A stretch of DNA of 29,724 nucleotides from a virus: positions 1-29,724 of IMG/VR virus record IMGVR_UViG_3300029684_000026; one strand, given 5' to 3'. The notes under the pieces were generated by a model. The model ran no database searches. It was not told the origin of the DNA and saw only the letters and a list, made by a program, of their open reading frames with translations. How positions within the stretch are numbered: position 1 is the first letter of the stretch; every line of letters begins with the position of its first letter. Below, one piece after another: positions 1 through 7,897 of this stretch. The position numbers were made by a program, and so were the translations under genes.

Positions 1-8
1 TGGTAATG

Positions 9-75
9 TAGCGTAATAAAAAAGCACGGAAACCTTGTAAAATCAGGCTTTCCGTGCTCTAGCGTAATAAAAAAG
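9..75. repeat. 16-bp direct repeat TAGCGTAATAAAAAAG (9-24 and 60-75) flanking a hairpin
   Basis: Exact 16/16 match read directly from the sequence. One copy abuts the hairpin, the other abuts the tRNA fragment. Confidence 0.9.
18..58 (-). terminator. Rho-independent terminator (host tRNA terminator, now downstream of the prophage end)
   Basis: AGCACGGAAA (23-32) pairs perfectly with TTTCCGTGCT (49-58). On the minus strand the stem is followed by TTTTTATTACGC. Confidence 0.6.
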
Positions 76-94
76 TGGCGGAGCGGGAGGGATT
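76..94 (-). other. tRNA 3'-end fragment (T-loop end, T-stem, acceptor stem, encoded CCA); candidate prophage att core
   Basis: The reverse complement reads AATCCCTCCCGCTCCGCCA, which parses as ..AAT / CCCTC / CCGCTCC / G / CCA. No D-arm or anticodon arm follows, only AT-rich DNA, so this is a displaced 3' fragment and not a tRNA gene. Confidence 0.6.
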
Positions 95-194
95 ATATTT
101 ATTGATTATAAATATACTTATGAATATAATGTTCAGCTTTTTGTACAGTTCCTTTCCTACCCTCAGGGTCATGTTGTTGATATCAACAAGATGA

Positions 195-920
195 TCAATT
201 TTCTTTCTGGTGAAAACGGCAGCGGAATAAGGCATCCATGACGCGGGCCCGGTTTGCTTTTGGAATATGGGGAGGACGGGGGCTTCCCACGGTTACAACG
301 TCAAACCCAACATATTTTTCCGGGGCGACCGAAATGCTGAACCAGTTCCATGCCGACCAGCGGCCAGCCCTGTTTTGGGGCGTCCAGGGGGGGATAATTC
401 TCCCCTTGCCGACCCCAAAAAGTTCAATGACCGTGTGCCCGATGGTAAGATCCTCCGGAGCGTTGTCCGGCAGATCTGCTTGCATCAGCACTTCCGCGGC
501 TCGTTTGGCGGCCAGTCCGGTCATGGCATAACACAGACCGTAGAATTGCCGGCTATCTGCTCCCGAGGCGCACCAGTGAGCCCCCGTTTCAGACATGTCC
601 CTGATCCATGCTCCGTTGAGCAGCGCCGTATCCGAGTCGATTTTGACGACGATGTCATCGTCCGCCGCTTCGCCGGCCAGCATGGAGATAATGCCCCGGA
701 CGCATTCCGGACCGCGCAGGTTGCCGTAGCGCGGGAAGCTGGTTTGACGATACCGCGCTCCGGCTGCCAGAAGCGCCTTTCTGGTGCGTTCCGGTACGGG
801 GTCGGCCTCATCGTCCGCCACGGTAATGACGGCTTCAGGGAGGGCTGCCAAGGCGCACCGGACGCAGGCTTGCGCCTCATCCGCGTCTCCGGCATAGGTG
901 AATAGATAGATTCTGATCAT
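195..920 (-). CDS. GT-A-like glycosyltransferase (putative)
   Basis: 241-aa ORF with an ATG start. 'ITVADDEADP' and 'VVKIDSDT' (DxD-like) resemble GT2/GT-A nucleotide-sugar transferase motifs. It is the last gene before att. Confidence 0.45.
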   Translation of the reverse strand: MIRIYLFTYAGDADEAQACVRCALAALPEAVITVADDEADPVPERTRKALLAAGARYRQTSFPRYGNLRGPECVRGIISMLAGEAADDDIVVKIDSDTALLNGAWIRDMSETGAHWCASGADSRQFYGLCYAMTGLAAKRAAEVLMQADLPDNAPEDLTIGHTVIELFGVGKGRIIPPWTPQNRAGRWSAWNWFSISVAPEKYVGFDVVTVGSPRPPHIPKANRARVMDALFRCRFHQKEN

Positions 921-932
921 CGTATTGTCTGG

Positions 933-3083
933 TTAAGCTGGTCCGTAGGGGTAGAAGGTGCCTCCGAAGACCGGGATCTGGATCATGCCCAGGGCGTATT
1001 GCGTGACCTGGTCTTCGTTGATGTCGGCAACCTGAAAAGCATAGTCAAAGTTGACGCCGGGTTTTTCCTGGGCGAGCATGATCGGGTACACCGTTCCCGG
1101 TATGCCTGACATTTCCGCGCTGGTTAACTTGGCGTCCTGGTCGAAGTGGACATTTATCCAGACCTCCCCGCTGGTCATCGGGAGTTTCACCCAGGAGGAG
1201 CCGGAGCCGCCGTCTCCGGTCGGGTAGAATCCCAAGAGAGAGCCGTTGAGGTAGAGAGCGCCGGGTTTGATGCGAGCATCGGTGATGTTTCCTTCTGTGT
1301 CCTTGGTCAGGCGCACCTGGAAGCCGTATTCCGGCGCAGGAGCTTCAGACCCGGTGGCGGTCGTAATCTGTTGTCCAATGGTCGGAGATTCCGGCTTGGG
1401 GTCGTAGGTCAGGTCAATTGGTTCCGGCGCTCCCTGCATGTTTTCCAACGCGGAAGAGGCATCTGAAATAACATTCACTTCATTAAGCTCAAGTAAATCT
1501 TCGATTCCAAGTTGAGACGGAGAGCCGTAGGAAAGTTCAATAACGTTGGTCTGCAAGTCACGGCTTACGGTCTGCACCATGGTATTGATAGTTTCCCATT
1601 CCGGATTGCCGCCAAGCAAGGAAACACGGCGCCCCATGTATTGCCAGTATTGAGCCCCCCCGCGAGCCGCAAAGGAGATAGACCCGTCATAGGGAAGTTC
1701 CTGCATGGATTCCCACACCGTTCTTGCTATGTCGGCATAAGGTATTCCGTCATTGGGTCCGGTAGAGGGTCCGTCTTCATCGTTTGACGGCTGTTCGCCG
1801 TTATAAATGCCGTCAATCGGATAGGTAGCATTGGGGCGGTCGAGTGTCACCAGGTCCACGGAAAATTCCTGCCAGAAACAAGGCGTGTCTCCTCCTCCAA
1901 TTACTCCGATGTTCTTAAATTTTTCTCTCCACTTGGCCGGGGCATTTTCCGGAATGGCTAGACGCTGCTTGATGGTGGTATTGCACCATTTAGGGCGCAG
2001 GGATTTTGTGTGAATCTGCCCGTCTGTAAGTTCGTATGCGGTTGCCGTGGTGTCGTACCCCTTGGGTTTTTCCTCTTCCGTGCCTTCCCATGCCTTGGGA
2101 GTGACGACCCGGTCGGAATAGGTCACAAGCTGCCCTGCCGGGATGTCTTTCATCCACGGGAAATGGTGTGCCCAAAAGCTGTTGATCATGTCCGCAGCGT
2201 CAATGCGGCGCCCTTTGACAATCATCTTCTGATAAGCCAAGCTGCCGGATCTGGAAGTCTTTACGGGCTGGGGTTCGGAAGCGGAACCGCCTGACTCATT
2301 GTAATTGGAGAAATAAAAGTCAGAGGAGACGCGATAGACGATCGAATGCGGCAGCGTAGGGTCGCCGTCCGACGGGTACTTGGAAAGGTAGGAGACGCGA
2401 TAGCCTGAACTGCCGGTAGATTCTGCCACAATCGCAACACAGGGGGGAACAAGGTCGCCTCGCGGTGACAGTGATACGTCTATGCTTTTGACTGTGGCGG
2501 AGGGTTGCAGCGGCAGGGAAATAGGGTCGAGAGAATCGTAGTCCGTAATGATGAGTTTCGGTTTCTCTCCCGTATAGTCATAATAACTGACCATACGCGG
2601 AGACCAGCGCCGGATGGACTGCAGCAGACTTTGAAGAGTGTCGCAGGATGCATTCCACGGTATCAGCTGCTTGTCGTCTCTGATGCGCAGCTCATAGCTG
2701 GCTGGGTGGTGCTTTGCCATGTCAAGCACGCTGGACAAAGCGCCGCTCAGGTTGACCTTGGGAATAATACCCTCTACGCCTTTACGGGGGAAAAGCCCGA
2801 ACGTCGGCTGCCATCCATTTTCCAAGGCATAGCAATTAGCGAGGTAATACCAGGGGTCGGAAAAAACAATCCTCCAGGACCGCTGGCTGCCGCTGTATAC
2901 TTTTTCAATATTGGACACCAGCCCCACTAGGATGACTTGTCCGTTTTGGGAGATGGTGACGGTATCGAATTGCTTGTACGGCAAAGTTTCCCCAAGCGTC
3001 CTGACGGGGTAAACTGCCGTAATGGTGGACGTGGAGAAGCTCTGTTGATCGTGCGTGAGGCTTGATGGCTTGAGAGCCAGCAA
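933..3083 (-). CDS. Distal tail / host-specificity-like structural protein
   Basis: 716-aa ORF with a TTG start, the last large structural gene downstream of the tape-measure-like gene. Function is inferred mainly from position and size. Confidence 0.5.
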   Translation of the reverse strand: MLALKPSSLTHDQQSFSTSTITAVYPVRTLGETLPYKQFDTVTISQNGQVILVGLVSNIEKVYSGSQRSWRIVFSDPWYYLANCYALENGWQPTFGLFPRKGVEGIIPKVNLSGALSSVLDMAKHHPASYELRIRDDKQLIPWNASCDTLQSLLQSIRRWSPRMVSYYDYTGEKPKLIITDYDSLDPISLPLQPSATVKSIDVSLSPRGDLVPPCVAIVAESTGSSGYRVSYLSKYPSDGDPTLPHSIVYRVSSDFYFSNYNESGGSASEPQPVKTSRSGSLAYQKMIVKGRRIDAADMINSFWAHHFPWMKDIPAGQLVTYSDRVVTPKAWEGTEEEKPKGYDTTATAYELTDGQIHTKSLRPKWCNTTIKQRLAIPENAPAKWREKFKNIGVIGGGDTPCFWQEFSVDLVTLDRPNATYPIDGIYNGEQPSNDEDGPSTGPNDGIPYADIARTVWESMQELPYDGSISFAARGGAQYWQYMGRRVSLLGGNPEWETINTMVQTVSRDLQTNVIELSYGSPSQLGIEDLLELNEVNVISDASSALENMQGAPEPIDLTYDPKPESPTIGQQITTATGSEAPAPEYGFQVRLTKDTEGNITDARIKPGALYLNGSLLGFYPTGDGGSGSSWVKLPMTSGEVWINVHFDQDAKLTSAEMSGIPGTVYPIMLAQEKPGVNFDYAFQVADINEDQVTQYALGMIQIPVFGGTFYPYGPA

Positions 3084-3212
3084 GTCATCTATGGTAATGT
3101 TATGGTTCCTGCTGCTTGAGAATTTGGTTGGTTGTTGACAATATTCTTCTGTCTGTGTTTCAGGCTACTGTTTTTTTTGCTTGTCTTTGACAATCTCTTT
3201 TCCCGGCTTTAT

Positions 3213-3617
3213 TTATTTTTTGGCAAGTAAAATATACAGCGTGTACCAAAGTACAGCCACTACGGCACCTCCCAGAATATAACCCATTCCAATACCAATT
3301 AACCCTGCTTCAAAACTTACAATCCCCATAATGAAGCCCCCTCCTATCGATAGGGTTGCGAGAAATATAAGGACTGTGGAAAGAAAAGAATTACTTTCTT
3401 TGCGATTTGGAAGTTTCTTAGTAGAATAAGTTGTTTTATTGCTTTCCCTTAGTAATTCATCAGCCTTGAACCATTTATTTGTTCCTTCTGCGCAAATTAA
3501 TGTTTCAGGTCCTATGACATGATTTTTAATTAAAATTTGTAGTTGCCTGAATGATATGGGGCCTTTGACAACATTCCCGCAGAAGTAGAAATATTTCATG
3601 GCAACATCATACATCAT
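3213..3617 (-). CDS. GYF_2 (DUF4339)-like domain membrane protein
   Basis: 'KYFYFCGNVVKGPISFRQLQILIKNHVIGPETLICAEGTNKWFKADELL' fits the GYF_2 pattern. The C-terminal ~55 aa are Gly-rich and hydrophobic (about 2 TM helices). The gene is AT-rich. Confidence 0.6.
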   Translation of the reverse strand: MMYDVAMKYFYFCGNVVKGPISFRQLQILIKNHVIGPETLICAEGTNKWFKADELLRESNKTTYSTKKLPNRKESNSFLSTVLIFLATLSIGGGFIMGIVSFEAGLIGIGMGYILGGAVVAVLWYTLYILLAKK

Positions 3618-3629
3618 GATAATTTTTCT

Positions 3630-5480
3630 TCAATGTTTTCTGCGCCGTAATCCTCCAATATTATTTTGAGCTTGTTTTAGCTCTCGAGTTAACTGATCGA
3701 TTCGTGCCTGCTGAACTCTTAATTCTGCCGCTTGTTGATTAACAAGGGAAAGAGCTTGTTTCATATTTGTGGTAAGTCCATTCAGAATTGAGGTGTTTTG
3801 AATTCCTTGCTGCCTCAAAGCATCTCTAAAGGCAACTCCTATTTGTGTATATTCTGCTGAGTCAATTATTCCATCTGCCGAGGCGTTTTTAACCTGATTC
3901 CGAATAGCCTCCGAAGCGGCTCTAACCATCGCTTTCTGTTGCTCACTGGCAGACTCCCCTGCAGCAACAACTAAACGCTCCAGTTCAGCAGAAAAATTAT
4001 CCTTATTCTTCTTCAGAGCATCTTTTTTGGTTTCTATTTCTTTTTTTCTGCCTTCGATTTCATTCTCGGTATCCTCTTTTTCTGTTTCTTCACGGATTTG
4101 CCTTCTCTCCTGAGCTTGAGACGTCCTACCGCGTTGTATATCAACAGCGGCTTCCGAGGCGTTTTTTCTCTTTACATCAGATAGCTTTCGCGTTGCTATT
4201 TCTTCATCATTCTTTGCTGATATTAAAGACTTTTCCGATTCTTCATATTCTTTTTCAAGAGTTTCTACGGTTTCAGCATAAGATTTATAGGCATTCAAAT
4301 AACCTCCATCTCCAAAAGTCATATCACCCAAATTAAAACCTTTATCCTGAAGAGAAATGTCACTTCTCTCTATGTTTCCTTGAATATCAAATATTTTTGC
4401 TCTTCTAGATTCTGCGTCGCTAGGTCGGTATTTATCGAGCAATGCATACACCAATTTATTTGAAATTTCTTCTCCATTTACAAACTCATTAGCTGTATCA
4501 TAAATAGATTTATCACTTACATTCCTATATCGTAAGGCTCCGGAATCTCTTTCTTTATCTCTATACGATTTTAAAGCTCCATATAAATCATTTATTAAAG
4601 ATTTTCTCATTTCACTTAAAGAAACTTCTGACGCCCTTCTTTCTTCAAGAGACATGATATCGTAAGAATTAGATTTTGCATTTTGGAGTGACTCTTGAGC
4701 TTCTCTTGCGGTACGAGCTGCATCAATTCTCTTATTGACTGCGTCGGACACATCTAATTTTGCTGATTCTTCTCTTTCATTTCTCCTTCTTGCGCGGCTA
4801 TCTAATTCGATGCCTTCTAACAAGCGAGCTCTTCGACGCTCAGCCTCGGCGCCTTCACCTAATTTCCCATTAGCAAAATCTTCCTCTACTTTTAGGCGGG
4901 CGATCTCTGCTTCATCGTCATTAATTCCAGATTCTAAAGCAATCAACTCTTTACGATAATCCAAAGAATATTTTAATGCGTTAGCTTCTTCTTTACGATA
5001 ATCAGCTATTTTTTTTGCACTATCTATTGCCGCCCGTAATATTTGTTCATTGTTGTTTTGCCGAGAAATTTCACCAACTTCTTCTTTTAACTTTTTGAAA
5101 GCCTCTCTTTCTTCTTCAAGTTTTTTAGTCAAATCAACTGACTTCTCTTCCGTCGAGGAAAGCCACTCGTAGAGCTTCGCGCCTGCAAGCGTGGCGAGGG
5201 AGAGAGCGCCGGCTAGGCCCGCCCCGCCGCCGAAGCCTATTACAAGGCCCGGAATATTGTTCAGGATGCCCTTGATGCCGTATTGCAGGTCATCGAAGAA
5301 GTAGGCCGCCTGTAAGGTGCCCTTCCCCATGTTCTTGATGCTCTTGGTCGCCTTTTGACTGCCTTTGTCGAGCTGGTCTGTGGATTTATTCAGGGAGTCA
5401 ATCTTCTGCTTTGCTTCTTCTACGCCTTTTCCGTCCAGCGTGGACTTGAGCTTGATTTCGATTTCTTTCTTGGTAGCCAT
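3630..5480 (-). CDS. Tape-measure-like protein (chimeric composition)
   Basis: 616 aa, positioned after a chaperone-position ORF. Contains the Gly-rich hydrophobic stretch 'GLVIGFGGGAGLAGALSLATLAGA', and the remainder is highly charged coiled coil. GC-rich 5' ~320 nt, AT-rich remainder. Confidence 0.55.
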   Translation of the reverse strand: MATKKEIEIKLKSTLDGKGVEEAKQKIDSLNKSTDQLDKGSQKATKSIKNMGKGTLQAAYFFDDLQYGIKGILNNIPGLVIGFGGGAGLAGALSLATLAGAKLYEWLSSTEEKSVDLTKKLEEEREAFKKLKEEVGEISRQNNNEQILRAAIDSAKKIADYRKEEANALKYSLDYRKELIALESGINDDEAEIARLKVEEDFANGKLGEGAEAERRRARLLEGIELDSRARRRNEREESAKLDVSDAVNKRIDAARTAREAQESLQNAKSNSYDIMSLEERRASEVSLSEMRKSLINDLYGALKSYRDKERDSGALRYRNVSDKSIYDTANEFVNGEEISNKLVYALLDKYRPSDAESRRAKIFDIQGNIERSDISLQDKGFNLGDMTFGDGGYLNAYKSYAETVETLEKEYEESEKSLISAKNDEEIATRKLSDVKRKNASEAAVDIQRGRTSQAQERRQIREETEKEDTENEIEGRKKEIETKKDALKKNKDNFSAELERLVVAAGESASEQQKAMVRAASEAIRNQVKNASADGIIDSAEYTQIGVAFRDALRQQGIQNTSILNGLTTNMKQALSLVNQQAAELRVQQARIDQLTRELKQAQNNIGGLRRRKH

Positions 5481-5498
5481 GGTGGAATTGATAAGGGG

Positions 5499-5789
5499 TT
5501 ATCGTTGAGTGTTGACTTCTTCGATGGCGAAAGCAGGAAGTTTCCCGTCCGCGAGGCTGGCGCGGGCGTCGTCCACGCGTTTTTGGAAGTATTCAAGCAT
5601 CATCATATCCCGGAAGATGATGCCGAAGGCTTCGGAGGGGTTGACGCCGGCTTGTCCGGCAGCGGCAAAGACGCTTTCCCGCAAGGCTCGCGTCGCCTGG
5701 TCCAGGGAGGGGTTCTTGAGGCAGGCTTCGGCAAATTCTCCGAAAAGCCGTTCCATGCCGTTTTCAGGTTGAGTGGATTGGTCAGTCAT
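5499..5789 (-). CDS. Small protein in the tail-assembly-chaperone position
   Basis: 96-aa ORF between the tail protein and the tape-measure-like gene. The call is positional only. Confidence 0.3.
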   Translation of the reverse strand: MTDQSTQPENGMERLFGEFAEACLKNPSLDQATRALRESVFAAAGQAGVNPSEAFGIIFRDMMMLEYFQKRVDDARASLADGKLPAFAIEEVNTQR

Positions 5790-5816
5790 GATTGGTGGTA
5801 TGTTGAAAAGGTGTTG

Positions 5817-7040
5817 TTATCCGATGTATTCGACGTCCAGCGACATGGCCGGCATCACGGCAGGCGTGGTGATTGCGGCCGGATAAGGCCGATAGGCAAT
5901 GCCGCCCCAATCGTAGGCCGTGATATTCTCAATTTTGGTGTATACGACGGCGCCGGGCTGGAAGATGAGCTGCATCCCGGCTTCCACCTTGGGCGGCGCC
6001 GGGAAGGTGAATGTCGCCTGCTGGCTGGCGGCGTCATTAACCGCGGCGTTGCTGGTAGCCAGCAGCGTTGTGGTGGACCCATCCTCATTGAGGACGTACA
6101 GCGAAAGGGCAGCGCTGATGTTGTTGGCGCTCCCGCGGGCCACGGTGACGGATTTGATGGAGGCTGCCGGCGGCGGATCACCGTCTACCTGTTCTCCCCA
6201 CTTCATCCGGTATTGCCGCCAGTTAAATGTTCCCAAGGCGGCAATCTTGGCAGGATCCCCTTCCAGGAAGACGGGAGAGCCCACCGTTTTCTCCTGGGGC
6301 GTGGCTGCCGCCTGGGTGATCTCAATGAGAGGAGCGATTCCGGTTCCGTCCTGGGAAACTGTCAGATAAATGCTTTTTTCTTCCGTAGTTTCGTTGGGAG
6401 GCACTGTAACCCGGAAGGAGCCATTGTTGCCGTTGATGATGTTGGAGATGGAGATGCCGTCGTTCTCAAAGGCTTTCCAGCCCTGCCCGATTTCGCCCGG
6501 GTTGAAGTAGGAGACGACGGAGAACGCATATTGTCCGCCGGCAGCCGGGACGGAAACCGAGGAAGGAGTCACGGAGAACACCCAGGCTGAATTGTCGGGA
6601 ACCCGGTCCGTGAGCGTCATGTTGATGGATACCAGCAGGCACAAATAACCGTCTTCCGGCGACGGAGGAGGAATGAAGTTCTCCGTTTCAAATTGGTAGC
6701 CGGCAAGGACGGACGTGAATCTCCATTGAGGCTGGTCGGCAAACTGCATGTACAGAGTGCCGTTCTGGTTGGTTGCCATCCAGACAGCCAGGTTTTCCTG
6801 ATACCTGGCCATTTCTTCGTAGTCCTTAAACCAGCGGTAAAAGGCAAAGGTGCGGTGTTCTACGGCAGACCCCAATCCTTCCGCAAAAGCCCTCGTGCCG
6901 TCCACCAGGGACGTTTCAAAGACTTCTATGTCTCCGCCGAACCGGGGAGGCTCCGGCGTGGCATCCCAGAGGTTGAGGAGTTGGAGCGTGTTTCCGGCTC
7001 CGGAAACGTACCATGCGGAGTATGGGGCCTCGTAGATCAT
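5817..7040 (-). CDS. Virion tail protein (possible major tail protein) with a central BACON/Ig-like domain
   Basis: 407 aa, immediately upstream of the chaperone-position and tape-measure-like genes. Residues ~155-245 ('VTPSSVSVPAAGGQYAF...NGSFRVTVPPNETTEEKSIYLTV...IEITQAA') fit the BACON/Ig-like pattern. Confidence 0.5.
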   Translation of the reverse strand: MIYEAPYSAWYVSGAGNTLQLLNLWDATPEPPRFGGDIEVFETSLVDGTRAFAEGLGSAVEHRTFAFYRWFKDYEEMARYQENLAVWMATNQNGTLYMQFADQPQWRFTSVLAGYQFETENFIPPPSPEDGYLCLLVSINMTLTDRVPDNSAWVFSVTPSSVSVPAAGGQYAFSVVSYFNPGEIGQGWKAFENDGISISNIINGNNGSFRVTVPPNETTEEKSIYLTVSQDGTGIAPLIEITQAAATPQEKTVGSPVFLEGDPAKIAALGTFNWRQYRMKWGEQVDGDPPPAASIKSVTVARGSANNISAALSLYVLNEDGSTTTLLATSNAAVNDAASQQATFTFPAPPKVEAGMQLIFQPGAVVYTKIENITAYDWGGIAYRPYPAAITTPAVMPAMSLDVEYIG

Positions 7041-7046
7041 GATCGT

Positions 7047-7583
7047 CTACAGCTTGGAATAGGCCTTCACTCCTTCCGCAATGGCTTCCGCAATGGCTTC
7101 GGGATGGTCCTTCATAAGGGCGGCATTTTCAGGATTGGTGATAAAGCCGCATTCGCACAGCACCCACGGGCAGCGCGTCCTTTTCAGGACGGCCAGCCCC
7201 GGACGGGCCAACACCGTGCAGTCCCGTCCTGGGAGCAGCCGGGCAAGAGGTTCCGCGATGCACATGGCAAGCCGGCTTCCCTTAACGCTCCCGGGATAGA
7301 AGCACACATGGGCGCCGTGAGCTTGCACATTATCCGATGAGTCACAATGCAGGGAAATCCCGAAGTCGTAGCCGCCTTCGTTGGCGGCCTTGATGGTGGC
7401 GTTCAGGTCGTCCGTGTTGCTCTGGGCCGGAAAGTCAATTACGTCCACCTGGGCGCCCAGCTTTCTGAGCATAGGCGCGAGGCGTTCCGTAATCGTCGCT
7501 GCTACGGCGTGTTCTTCAAACCTGTTTCCACGGGCTCCGGTGTTGTTGGCATGGCCTATATCAATGGCTATTTTCCTGGGTAT
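7047..7583 (-). CDS. N-acetylmuramoyl-L-alanine amidase (Amidase_3-type endolysin); start codon uncertain
   Basis: 'KIAIDIGHANNTGA', 'GISLHCDS' and 'VLCECGFITN' match Amidase_3 motifs. The first ATG is at 7472, but the frame is open to 7589 and the metal-ligand His motif lies upstream of that ATG. 7583 is an in-frame ATA. Confidence 0.8.
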   Translation of the reverse strand: MPRKIAIDIGHANNTGARGNRFEEHAVAATITERLAPMLRKLGAQVDVIDFPAQSNTDDLNATIKAANEGGYDFGISLHCDSSDNVQAHGAHVCFYPGSVKGSRLAMCIAEPLARLLPGRDCTVLARPGLAVLKRTRCPWVLCECGFITNPENAALMKDHPEAIAEAIAEGVKAYSKL

Positions 7584-7643
7584 TCTCCTTTAATTGATTG
7601 GTTATTAATATGTATGAACTTGTAAGAAAAACTTTACAGTTGA

Positions 7644-7895
7644 CTATTTTTCAAGCTTCCGCTCGATATTCTCTATTCTGACGGCAAGAAGCTGAATAGC
7701 CTTTGCCGTCTCTACCTGGGCCTGCGTCTGCATCGTCATCAGATCGCAAAGTCGGTCGTTGTGATGTCCCATGACATCTCCGATGTACCAGCACGCCCCG
7801 CCGCAAATGACCAACGACAGCATGACGCAGGCAAGCATGGGTGAAGCCTTGGCAAAATCCAGGAAACGCGCCGGTACTTCGGAGAGTTTGCACAT
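7644..7895 (-). CDS. Small membrane protein, holin- or i-spanin-like
   Basis: 83 aa with one TM segment ('MLACVMLSLVICGGACWYIG') followed by a coiled-coil tail. Lies directly upstream of the endolysin. Confidence 0.4.
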   Translation of the reverse strand: MCKLSEVPARFLDFAKASPMLACVMLSLVICGGACWYIGDVMGHHNDRLCDLMTMQTQAQVETAKAIQLLAVRIENIERKLEK

Positions 7896-7897
7896 GG

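Noticed and set aside
174-189. Perfect 16-bp palindrome TTGTTGATATCAACAA just downstream of the glycosyltransferase stop, considered as a terminator
   Set aside because: The stem is AT-rich, there is effectively no loop, and no T-run follows on the minus strand. It may be a protein-binding site in the att arm, but nothing supports that.
3134-3197. Two TTGACAAT motifs on the plus strand, considered as promoters
   Set aside because: They would drive antisense transcription into the GYF gene, they lack convincing -10 elements, and AT-rich DNA produces such matches readily.
5481-5520. G/GT-type frameshift extension of the chaperone-position ORF 5499-5789
   Set aside because: No overlapping minus-strand ORF extends past its stop into the tape-measure 5' region.
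5355-6590. 411-aa plus-strand ORF
   Set aside because: It is antisense to the tail-protein and chaperone genes. The sequence is Gly/Arg/Val-rich and low-complexity, as expected from stop-poor GC-rich DNA, and it has no motif. The minus-strand genes carry recognisable domains.
7590-7646. Readthrough from the holin-like ORF into the endolysin (both in the same frame)
   Set aside because: The intervening in-frame sequence carries TAG, then TAA TAA, then TAA, so the shared frame is coincidental.
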